A stretch of 55,292 nucleotides of DNA from positions 1 through 55,292 of the forward strand of contig JBHHUB010000002.1 in NCBI GenBank assembly GCA_046753625.1, in the 5' to 3' direction. Below, in pieces: positions 35,713 through 44,800 of this stretch. The notes beneath the pieces were generated by a model that did no database searches, was not told the DNA's origin, and worked only from the letters and a program-made list of their open reading frames with translations. The translations under genes and the position numbers were made by a program. Within the stretch, counting starts at the first letter, position 1; every line of letters begins with the position of its first letter. This DNA comes from Phycisphaerae bacterium (lineage in GTDB: Bacteria; Planctomycetota; Phycisphaerae; UBA1845).

Positions 35713-36681
35713 ATGATGCTGATCCAAGGAATGATGTTGAGTGCTCTTGTAATGGCAGTGATGGGTCAAGTGGCGCCGAACCCTGAAGTCACCCCCGAAG
35801 TTGTGGACGATGCGTCATATGATCAGTTCGATCGTGTCGTGAAGGTCATCAATACATCGCGTGCCCTTGCGTCTGGGCTTTGTCTGAAGCTAAAGGCGCT
35901 CAGTCCCCGCGTGCAGTGTGAACCGCTCGGCCACAATCGAATGGTCGTTAGCGGTCTTCGAGGGGATGTTGATTACGCCCTGAACGAGGTTCTTCCGAAA
36001 CTGGAGGCGCCGGAGGACACGGACGTGAAAGTAAGGTCGATAAGACTATCCAAGTACCCGCCTGGGGAAATGCTGGAACTCGTGCGGAATCTGGCGACCT
36101 TCACGACCTTACGGGTCGCTGTCGATGAGATCAATCGAAACCTGATCGTGCGGGGCAACGACGAAGACTTCGCACAGATCCAACAATTGGTCGAGTGGGT
36201 GGATCAGCCGACCGAAGCGCTGACGCTGCATTTCTACTTCATCCGCGCAACCGTGGGCGGTGGGGTCGGCGGGGCCACGGGTGATCTTCCCGACAATCTG
36301 CAACCCATTATCGGTACGATGTCGGCCAATGGATTCAGCGAGATGAGCATGCTGGCGACGGTGATGATCCATGCGGATGAGGGTTCGCACTTTCAGCAAA
36401 CGTCGACGTTGCGTTCGGGAAGTGGCGAAGGAGCGGACGAGTTGGAAATCCGGGTCGGTGGGGCGGCCCGGCTTGATGCGAATGGGTCCGCCGTGCAATT
36501 GGAAGTTAGGGCGACCCTGGTTGGGGAGGGCTTCACCGGCGTAAACGAACGGAATACACAGTTTGAGTTGGAAACCGAGGTGGCGTTGAAACTCAATGGG
36601 TATGCGATTCTCGCCGCCGGTCCCGGATCGACGGCCGACGGCAACGCTTTGGCCATCGTTGTGCACGTCACGAAAAATTAG
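35713..36681 (+). CDS. secreted secretin-N-domain-like protein (mini-secretin homologue)
   Basis: AAGGAG + ATG 35713 and a signal peptide. Two GspD N-domain-like units (NRMVVSGLRGDVDYALNEVLPKLE; NRNLIVRGNDEDFAQIQQLVEWVDQP). Short beta-rich C-terminus. Confidence 0.6.
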   Translation: MMLIQGMMLSALVMAVMGQVAPNPEVTPEVVDDASYDQFDRVVKVINTSRALASGLCLKLKALSPRVQCEPLGHNRMVVSGLRGDVDYALNEVLPKLEAPEDTDVKVRSIRLSKYPPGEMLELVRNLATFTTLRVAVDEINRNLIVRGNDEDFAQIQQLVEWVDQPTEALTLHFYFIRATVGGGVGGATGDLPDNLQPIIGTMSANGFSEMSMLATVMIHADEGSHFQQTSTLRSGSGEGADELEIRVGGAARLDANGSAVQLEVRATLVGEGFTGVNERNTQFELETEVALKLNGYAILAAGPGSTADGNALAIVVHVTKN

Positions 36682-36716
36682 TACCCTGTGTCTTGAATCC
36701 TGCGACGATCGTCTGA

Positions 36717-36778
36717 TCCCCAGCTGCGGGCGAGCGCCCGCGGCTGGGATGGGTGGCCCACCTCCTTTTGGAGGTGGG
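36717..36778. terminator. convergent-gene terminator hairpins
   Basis: CCCCAGCTGCGGGCG-AG-CGCCCGCGGCTGGG (one mismatch) and the perfect CCCACCTCC-TTTT-GGAGGTGGG (36757-36778). A further hairpin CCCATGTCC-AGTA-GGACATGGG lies at 36896-36917, after glbN. Confidence 0.6.
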
Positions 36779-36951
36779 GGAGCGGATGATGGTGACCGAC
36801 CGGCGCCTGCACTCGCCGCCGATTCAAGCCTGCGTGCTCAGGCGTCCGTGCCGGATGGCCTTCAAACCCTGGTGGGCAGCGAGATCATCGTCTCCCCCAT
36901 GTCCAGTAGGACATGGGCCACCCGCCACCCCACGCGGGCGATGGCTCGCTC

Positions 36952-37320
36952 CTACGCGTTCACGATCACGTCCTTAAGCGGTCCCACGCGAGCGAGAACT
37001 TCGCCAACGAGCGCGTCGGAAACACCGGCGTGCTTCAGGGCATCGGCCAGGTGCCCGGCAACCTGATCGAAGTGAAACCCGGTGATCCCCATGCCTTCGT
37101 GCGCTTCCTTCATGGGGCGGCCGTTGTAGTCATTCGGGCCGTCCAGCGCCATTGTGACGAAGGCGATCTGCTGCTCCCGCTGGCGGTCCATGTCGGTATT
37201 CTTGAAGAACCCCTTCAGGTTGTCGTCCGCCAACACGCGCGTGTAGAAGTCCGTTACAACCGCGCGTATGGCCGGCGCGCCGCCAAGTGTTTCGAACAGG
37301 GTGGTGACTGCTTGCTTCAT
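36952..37320 (-). CDS. glbN: group I truncated (2-on-2) haemoglobin
   Basis: 122 aa. LFETLGG...AVVTDFYTRVLADD..LKGFF...Q..F...ALDGP..Y.G..M..AH is the trHbN pattern, including B10 Tyr. Confidence 0.9.
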   Translation of the reverse strand: MKQAVTTLFETLGGAPAIRAVVTDFYTRVLADDNLKGFFKNTDMDRQREQQIAFVTMALDGPNDYNGRPMKEAHEGMGITGFHFDQVAGHLADALKHAGVSDALVGEVLARVGPLKDVIVNA

Positions 37321-37364
37321 GATTCCACTACTTCCAGATGTCTTTCTTGTGCACGATGGCCGGA

Positions 37365-37385
37365 TTTCGGAACCGATTTCCGAAA
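37365..37385. promoter_or_regulatory. perfect 8-5-8 inverted repeat upstream of glbN
   Basis: TTTCGGAA-CCGAT-TTCCGAAA, 45-65 nt upstream of the glbN ATG, in the glbN/hutH divergent region. Confidence 0.3.
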
Positions 37386-37734
37386 GATGGAGTTGGATCG
37401 CCCGACTCGTACTGCCAAAAGCCTACAATTCAGGAGCGCCGCCGATCTGATGCGGCCGATTCCGCGCCGGTGGGTTCCATGCATTCTCGAGGGAGATCAG
37501 CCACGCACACGCCGCCAGCTCGCTTCAATACGTGATAGCATCGGGGCAAGGACTGAAGATGGGCATTTTCGGACCGCCTATTGGCAAGCGGGCTGGTTTG
37601 CGGTACTTACCGCTGGCGGAACCGCGACCGTTTGGAAGCGGCCATGCTGCGCGCCGGCCTAGTCTCTTTTCCCAAAGGGCAGAGCCGGCAAGTCCGAGAA
37701 CCCGTATTCGAATGAGGGAGGTCACATCCAACGG

Positions 37735-39276
37735 ATGAACGGAGCGCCTGAAACCCTGGGCGTCGTTTTGGACGGCAAACCACTTACCCTCTCGGGCATC
37801 GGCCAGATGCTTGGGAAGCGGCTCGACGTTCGAATCGGCGACGGCGTCTGGAAGCGGATCGACGCGAGCGCCGAGCGGGTGGCCGCCTTGTGTGATGGGG
37901 ACCGGGCTGCGTACGGGATCAATACCGGGTTTGGCAAGCTTTGCCGCAAACGCATTGCCCCGGCCGAGCTTTCAAAACTACAGGAAAACCTCATCCTTTC
38001 GCACGCGGTCGGCGTTGGATCGCGGGCCGGCGACGACGTCGTCCGCCTGATGCTGTTGCTGAAGATGCACGCGCTGACGCACGGGGTCAGCGGGATTTCG
38101 CGGAGCCCCATCGAGTTGATGGCCGCATTGCTGCGGGCGGATCTGCTTCCGGTGGTTCCCTTGCAGGGTTCGCTGGGCGCCAGTGGCGATCTGGCCCCGC
38201 TGGCGCACATGGTGCTTCCGCTTCTAGGTCGGGGCTGCGTTATAGAGCAAGGGCGCGTTGTTCCGGCCGGTGACGCGCTCGCCCGCGCTGGGCTGGTGCC
38301 GATTGAGCTCGGTCCCAAGGAGGGGCTGGCGTTGATAAACGGGACGCAGTTCATGGCCGCCCACGCCGCCATCGCGATCGCCAAAGCGCGGCGGCTGGTT
38401 CATCATGCCGACGTTTTGGCGGGCATGTCCCTCGATGCGATCAAAGGCAGCCTCGCTCCGTTTGAGGATCGGCTGCATCGGCTCCGCCCCCATCCCGGGG
38501 CGATCGCATCCGCGGGAAATGTTCGCGCGCTGCTGGTCGATAGTGAAATCCACGCATCGCACGCCGGCTGCGATCGGGTTCAGGATCCCTATTCGATTCG
38601 ATGTGTCCCGCAGGTGCATGGCGCATCGCGGGATGCCCTGGCGCATGCTTCCGACGTGATCGAGCGGGAGATCAACTCGGTAACGGACAATCCGATTATC
38701 TTTGAGGACGGCGACGTGATCAGCGGCGGGCTGTTTCACGGCCAGCCCATCGCGCTCGTGATGGACTACCTGGCCATCGCCGTAAGCGAGTTGGCGTCCA
38801 TCAGCGAGCGACGCACCTACCTGCTGCTCAGCGGCATCGACGGGTTGCCGGAATGGCTGATGGAAGAGACGGGCATCAACAGCGGTTTCATGATCCCCCA
38901 ATACACCGCCGCGGCGCTCGTGAGCGAAAACAAGGGGCTGTGCGGCCCGGCATCGGTGGACACGATACCGAGCTCGCAGGGGCAGGAGGACCACGTCAGC
39001 ATGGGGGCGCGGGCGGCGGTAAAGTGTCTTACCGTGCTCGACAACGCCGAGACGGTTCTGGCGATCGAGCAGCTTTGCGCCGCGCAAGGCCTGGACCTGC
39101 GCCGGCCGTTGAAACCGGGAACGGGCGTGCGGGCGGCGCATGAGGCCGTGCGCGAGAAGATTTCATTCGCCGCCGAGGACCGCTTGCTGGGCGATGACAT
39201 ATCCATGTCGCTGTCGCTGCTGCGATCCGGTGGCGTGCTTGAGGCCGTTGAAGCGGCGATCGGCGAGTTGCAGTGA
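37735..39276 (+). CDS. hutH: histidine ammonia-lyase
   Basis: MIO-forming GSLGASGDLAPLAH, Ser-His selectivity pair in NLILSHAVGVG (HAL-type), QEDHVSMG. Confidence 0.93.
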   Translation: MNGAPETLGVVLDGKPLTLSGIGQMLGKRLDVRIGDGVWKRIDASAERVAALCDGDRAAYGINTGFGKLCRKRIAPAELSKLQENLILSHAVGVGSRAGDDVVRLMLLLKMHALTHGVSGISRSPIELMAALLRADLLPVVPLQGSLGASGDLAPLAHMVLPLLGRGCVIEQGRVVPAGDALARAGLVPIELGPKEGLALINGTQFMAAHAAIAIAKARRLVHHADVLAGMSLDAIKGSLAPFEDRLHRLRPHPGAIASAGNVRALLVDSEIHASHAGCDRVQDPYSIRCVPQVHGASRDALAHASDVIEREINSVTDNPIIFEDGDVISGGLFHGQPIALVMDYLAIAVSELASISERRTYLLLSGIDGLPEWLMEETGINSGFMIPQYTAAALVSENKGLCGPASVDTIPSSQGQEDHVSMGARAAVKCLTVLDNAETVLAIEQLCAAQGLDLRRPLKPGTGVRAAHEAVREKISFAAEDRLLGDDISMSLSLLRSGGVLEAVEAAIGELQ

Positions 39277-39356
39277 TCGGCTCGGCCGATGGGCCGGCGC
39301 CGTTTCTCTCTTGCCGCCGGGGTTCGGGCAGGAGGCGGTTGTTCTGCATCGTTGCC

Positions 39357-40850
39357 CTACCCGATGGAATACCGCGCAAGAATCTTCTGCACGGCTTCAA
39401 CCAACTCGCCGCGATCGACGGAAACCTGCGCGGGCTGTTCTTCCAGCCAGCGTTTTCGGTCGTCCCCGATGCCCTTGGACAGCTCTCGTCCGAGCCGCAG
39501 GTCCTTGAGCGAAACCTGCCCGGCGTGCATCTCGTCGGAGCCCATCACTACGGCGACGGTCTTGCCGCAATCGTCGGCGTACTTGAATTGTTTGCCGATC
39601 GACTGTTTCCCCACGTACAGCTCGGTGTTGATGCCTGCGGAGCGCAGGTCGATGGCGAGTCGCTGGTATTCGGCCGTCAGGTCTTTGTCGATTCGCGTTA
39701 CCAGCACGCCGGCCGCGGTGGATTGGGCCTCCGTCTTGCCCAGGGTCTTCAGCGCCGCCAGCAATCGATCCACGCCGATTGAAGCGCCGGTTGCGGGCAT
39801 GGGCTGACCCGTGAAGCGTTCCACCAAACTGTCGTAGCGACCGCCGCCGAATACGCTGCCGAATTGCCGTTTGGCGCCCTTCGCATCGACGATTTCAAAC
39901 GTCAGGACGCCCTCGAAAACGGGGCCGGTGTAGTATTCCAAGCCGCGCACAACCGTGGGGTCAAAGATCACCCGGTCCTCGGTGTACCCCGCATCGTTCA
40001 GCGCGCGATCGATTTGCCGCAGTTCGTCGACCCCTTCTCGCCCCACGTTGCTGTCGGCCACCAGGGATGCCAAAGCGTCGCACACCGACGCGCGCGTGCC
40101 GGCGACTATGCTGAGGTAGTCGGCAATGATGTCGATCTGGTTCGCCGGCAGGGCGACTCCCTTGATGAACGCGCCGGACTCGTCCTTTCGGCCCGCCCCG
40201 AGCAGTTGCCGCACGCCGTCGGGGCCCACCTTGTCGAGCTTGTCGATCGATCGGAGCACGTGCAGCGAGACGGTCGGATCAAGCTCGGCGCCAGCCGACA
40301 TGACTTCGAGCACGCCGTTGAGCACCTTCCGATCGTTGACGCGGATGATGTACTCGCCCGGTTTGATGCCCAGGGCCTCGAGCGTGTCGCACATGATCAT
40401 GGCGCACTCGGCGTCCGCGAGCATCGAGCCCGTGCCCACGCTGTCGAAATCGAACTGGTAGAACTCTCGAAAGCGATCGGGGCCGGGTTTTTCCACACGG
40501 TAGACCGGACCCACTTGATAGCGACGGAACGGGCGCGGTAGATCACGGTGGGCCGCAACATAGCGCGAAAGCGGGGCGGTCAGGTCGTAGCGCAGCGCCA
40601 CCCACTCATCGTCGTCGTCGCGAAGGGCGAAAATGCCCGCGTCGGGCTGATCGGCCTCGGGGAGAAACTTGCCGAGGCAATCGACGTATTCGAGCGCGGG
40701 TGTTTCCAGCGGCATGAAGCCGTACCGCTCGTAGACCTCGCGGATGCGGCGGATCATCCGATCGCGAGCGAACACGTCGGACCCCGCAATGTCGCGGAAT
40801 CCGCGCGGAATCCGCGGTCGGGTTCTTTTCGGTTTTCCTGGTTTCGCCAC
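39357..40850 (-). CDS. hisS: histidine--tRNA ligase (long ~500-aa form)
   Basis: Class II motif 2 FRRYQVGPVYRVEKPGPDRFREFYQFDFD and motif 3 GSVFGGGRYDSL. C-terminal anticodon-binding domain plus an extension. Confidence 0.95.
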   Translation of the reverse strand: MAKPGKPKRTRPRIPRGFRDIAGSDVFARDRMIRRIREVYERYGFMPLETPALEYVDCLGKFLPEADQPDAGIFALRDDDDEWVALRYDLTAPLSRYVAAHRDLPRPFRRYQVGPVYRVEKPGPDRFREFYQFDFDSVGTGSMLADAECAMIMCDTLEALGIKPGEYIIRVNDRKVLNGVLEVMSAGAELDPTVSLHVLRSIDKLDKVGPDGVRQLLGAGRKDESGAFIKGVALPANQIDIIADYLSIVAGTRASVCDALASLVADSNVGREGVDELRQIDRALNDAGYTEDRVIFDPTVVRGLEYYTGPVFEGVLTFEIVDAKGAKRQFGSVFGGGRYDSLVERFTGQPMPATGASIGVDRLLAALKTLGKTEAQSTAAGVLVTRIDKDLTAEYQRLAIDLRSAGINTELYVGKQSIGKQFKYADDCGKTVAVVMGSDEMHAGQVSLKDLRLGRELSKGIGDDRKRWLEEQPAQVSVDRGELVEAVQKILARYSIG

Positions 40851-41156
40851 CCGCCATGCTCCGCCGTGCGTTCACCCGGGCCATTGGTCGACGACGGAAA
40901 GTCTAATGGCGTGCCCTGGAATGTCCAACGATTCGAGCGTGCGGATCGATGGGGGAGCCGACCGGTCTGGGGCGCCTGTCGGGCCGCTCTTCAGCCGGGG
41001 CGGCGTTGTGCGGTCGCCGCGGCGACCGGAGGATTTGACACGTACCACGGGGAGCCATAAAAACAACCATGCGGCCGTGTGGCGGCGCCGTTGCGTGGTG
41101 GGCCGCTACGCCGTAATACAATGACCTGATCATGATTCCTACTGGGGAGCGCCTTG

Positions 41157-41708
41157 ATGAGAAACGTTCGAGCCAGCCATATCGGGGTCGTCGCCGTCTT
41201 GCTAACGCTTGGCATTGCGGGGCGCCTATTGCCACACCCGCCCGGCGTGACGCCGGTGGCCGCCTGCGCCCTGTTTGCGGGATTCTTTTTTGCCAGAGCC
41301 CTCTGGGCTGTACTGATCCCGCTGACCGCGTTGTTCGTTTCGGATTTGGTTCTTGGGGGGTACGCCTTGCCGACCATGCTGGTGGTTTACGCTGCACTGA
41401 GTCTGCCGGTATGGCTGCGTATGTTCTTGAAGAACCGGCCCACCGCCGTTCGCGTTGGGCTCTGCTCGTTGGCGATGTCTGCGTTTTTCTTCCTGTCGAC
41501 CAATCTGGCGGTTTGGGCGTTTTCCGGGATGTACGTTAAGACCCTGGGCGGTCTGGGTCAGTGTTTCGCGGCCGCGGTGCCTTTCTTCCGGTATACCGTG
41601 ATCGGCGATCTCTGCTGGTCGGGTGCCATCTTCGGAGCCTACGCGATTGTGATGGCGGCGCGGCGCAAGCCGATTGGGCTCTTGGTTCGTCCGAATACCG
41701 TGGCCTGA
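41157..41708 (+). CDS. small polytopic membrane protein (DUF6580-like; function unknown)
   Basis: ATG 41157 after GGGGAG. Five to six hydrophobic helices. The family assignment is from memory only. Confidence 0.6.
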   Translation: MRNVRASHIGVVAVLLTLGIAGRLLPHPPGVTPVAACALFAGFFFARALWAVLIPLTALFVSDLVLGGYALPTMLVVYAALSLPVWLRMFLKNRPTAVRVGLCSLAMSAFFFLSTNLAVWAFSGMYVKTLGGLGQCFAAAVPFFRYTVIGDLCWSGAIFGAYAIVMAARRKPIGLLVRPNTVA

Positions 41709-41824
41709 TTCGCGAACAAGGTGCCGGCTGAGTACGCGGCATGCTTGCTGCGTGCAGCGGGAACCGGTGCGCCGCACGGCCTGAAGCCTATGGCTCGGGT
41801 TCAGCTCAACCAGAGGGATGCCCA

Positions 41825-44800
41825 TTACGGGCAGCCGTCGACCGCGTCGCTGACCAGGAAAAAGTTGACCAGGATGGCGGTAAAGTCGGCCGTCTCCTGC
41901 ACGCCGTTGCCCGTGGCATCGGCCGCATCCCCCGGCGTCATGAAGTTGGACGCCAGGACCGACAGATCCTCGATGTCACAGAGGCCGTCACCAGAGAAAT
42001 CTCCGGCAATGAGGCGATCGGCGCCCGCAAAGGCGACGCTGGTCGGTAGCGGAGCCCCGAGCGATAGCAGTGTGCGAAGCGTGTGACCCTCGTCGGCGCT
42101 GATCCATGTGGCGCCCGGCGTGCTGAGCGTCAGCGTGGTGCTGCCTTGACCGCCTCTGACCATCGGAATGCCGGCATCGAAGTTGATGGCGGTGGTGAAG
42201 GTTTCCGTAACCGGGCCCGTGCAGTCGGTGACGACGAACGTCACCGTACGCGTGATGGCCGTATCGACCGCCTCCAACTCGACGGTGACGTCGAGGCAGT
42301 CGCCGGGAATCGTGGCGGTGTCGGTGACGGTGACGTTGATGCCGCCGAGGCCGTCGTTCGCGTCGACGTAGGTTGCCGTAATCAGGTCGCCGCTGCCGAT
42401 TTGCACGATGCCGACGCCGTCCGTCGTGCTCAGCGGGATACTGCCTTCGAAGACGGCGGAGTCGATCGCGGTCTCGGTCAGGGTGACGGTTTCGCCGGCC
42501 GGCTCGGTCGTGGATGCAAGCGTTACGTCCACGGTATCGACGGCAATCATGCTGAGGTTCAGATCGCAGTCGATAACCTGCATTGCGGCCGTATCGCTGC
42601 ACGTATAGGTGGCGGCGTCCAGCACAAACGTTCCAGCGGATGAACAAGTGACACTCAGCGGACAACCCGTTGCGTCCACGGGGCTTCCCGGGAACGTGCC
42701 GGCGCAAAGGTCACAGGCATCGGGAACGGTATCCCCGTCGGCGTCGGGCTCGCAGTCGTCGGGGATGGCGTTGGCATTGCAGTCCAGACTGACAAACGTG
42801 ACGTTGCCGGCAAGCAGCGAGACATCGCCGGTCGCCAGGTTATGAGCGAGGGCAATGTCCGCGTCGCCATCCAGGTTGAAGTCTGCCGCGGCAATCGCAA
42901 TGGGGTTGTTCGTGCCCGTATCGACGGTCGGTTGGATGGCAAAAACGCCGTTGCTCCTGTTGATCAGCACGGTAAACGTGGTTTCCGTGGTAAAGGCGTC
43001 TCCAGCATTCGAAACGACCAGGTCAAGATCGCCGTCGTTGTCCAGGTCTTTCGCGACAGAAGTCGTCGGGCCGACTCCTGTCGTGAAGTTATTATTCCCC
43101 GAAAGCGTTCCGCCTCCGTCATTGAGCATAATGTGGATGGTGTTGTCACCGAGCGAAAACGCGGCATCAAGATCGGTGTCCCCGTCGTAATCACCCAGGG
43201 TGACCCAGACTGGACCGTTTCCGGCGAAGGGGGCCGACGTCAGCGGTGGCGAGAACCCCGCGCTACCATCGTTGAGCAGCACCTTGACAAACTCGAGCGT
43301 CTTACCAGCCGTGACGATGTCCGGTCCGTTAATGCCGTCCATGTCCCCGATGGCAACCCCTTGGGGGAAGTCAAAAACGATCTCTTCCGTGGTTGTTGGA
43401 AACCCGCCGGACCCGTTGTTGAGCATCACGGTTAGCACAAAGTCGCCATTTGCATTGGCCTTCTTATTGCCCACAACCAAATCAGGACCATTGATGCCGT
43501 CCAGGTCGCCGGTGGCGATGGCGGTCGGCGTGTCTCCGTTGGTGGGATAGACAACCTCGGCGGCAAACGTGCCGTCGCCATTATTCATGAGGATCGAGAC
43601 CGTGTCGCGTCCCGTGGCCGTCGCCAGATCCTGATCGCCGTCGCCGTCGAAATCCGCCATGACGATGCCGGATGCGCCTCCGTCGATCGGGTAGTTCACG
43701 GCTGCGGCGAATGTGCCGTCGCCGTTGTTGAGCAGGACCGAGGTCGTACTGGCCAAGTTGTTACCGATGGCTATATCCAGCCCCGGCATGCCGTTGAGTT
43801 CGCCAGTGACAATTGTCGCCGGGTTGGCGTCCGCCGTCAGCGCAACCGTCGGTCCGAAGTTAGTCACCGGCGCCAGATCGCAAAGATCAGCGGCGCCGTT
43901 GGCGTTGCAATCCTGGTCCCATCCGATTTCGCATTCATCCGGCGTGGCGTTGAGATTGCAATCCAAGGCGCTGAGTGACCAGGTCATGGTTGCCGTGTTC
44001 GATAGCTGCGTGGCGGATCCGTCGATGAATGAGGCCTGAATCGTGTCGGTTCCGGGTCCGCCGTCGCCGGGATAGGTAAAGGTGGCCATGCCGCCGGCGT
44101 CCGTGACACCGGTGCCGCTGAGGCTGACATTAGGTCCGGAGATGACGTCAAACGTCACCGTGACGCCCGACATCGGCGCAAACGGCGACGCCCCCTGCAC
44201 GACGTCGGCGGTAAGGGTGTGGCCGGTGCATTCGGTGCCGGTCGCACTGGTCGGCGAGAGCGTGATGGTCCCAACGACCCAGGTGTGCGTTACGGTGTTT
44301 GAGAATCTCGTGGCGCCGGCATCGAAGAACGACGCCCGGAGCGAGTCCGTCCCGGCCAGGTCGGCACTGGTGTAGGTAAGCGAAGCCACACCGCTGCCAT
44401 TCGTCGTGGCCGTCCCCAATACGCCCGCGTTGGGTCCCGAGATCGCTTCAAAGGTCACCAACGCTCCGGCAATCGGATTCGAAGGCGGTGCGCCTTGCAA
44501 GGCGGTCACGGTCAAGGTGAGGTCATCTCGAACGTTTCCGGTTCCGCCGTCGGGTGAGAGCGAGAGTTGCCCCGGCGCCCAGGTAGCGGTGGCGGTGTTT
44601 GAAAAACGGATCGTGCCCGCATCATCGAAGCTGGCGCGAATCTGATCGATTCCGTCTACATTGGCGCCGGTGTAGGTGATGGTGGCTTCGCCGTTGATGT
44701 CCGTCAGGTCGGTTCCCAGAATCCCGACATTAGGGCCGGAAAGCACCTCAAAGGTGACCGTGGTGTTGGGAACGGGATCAAACGGCGCTACGCCCTCACG

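Noticed and set aside
40851-41156. Possible riboswitch or leader (cobalamin, or fluoride-like CTGAT..CCTAC) upstream of the DUF6580-like gene, and an RNase P-like GGAAAGTC at about 40895
   Set aside because: There is no B12 box and no GGCGATG/CCGCC core of the fluoride motif. A plausible TTGCGT-N16-TAATAC promoter leaves only a ~30-nt leader. GGAAAGTC is not followed by CGGGC. Only generic hairpins are present (e.g. the GGTCGCCGCGGCGACC palindrome at about 41005-41020).
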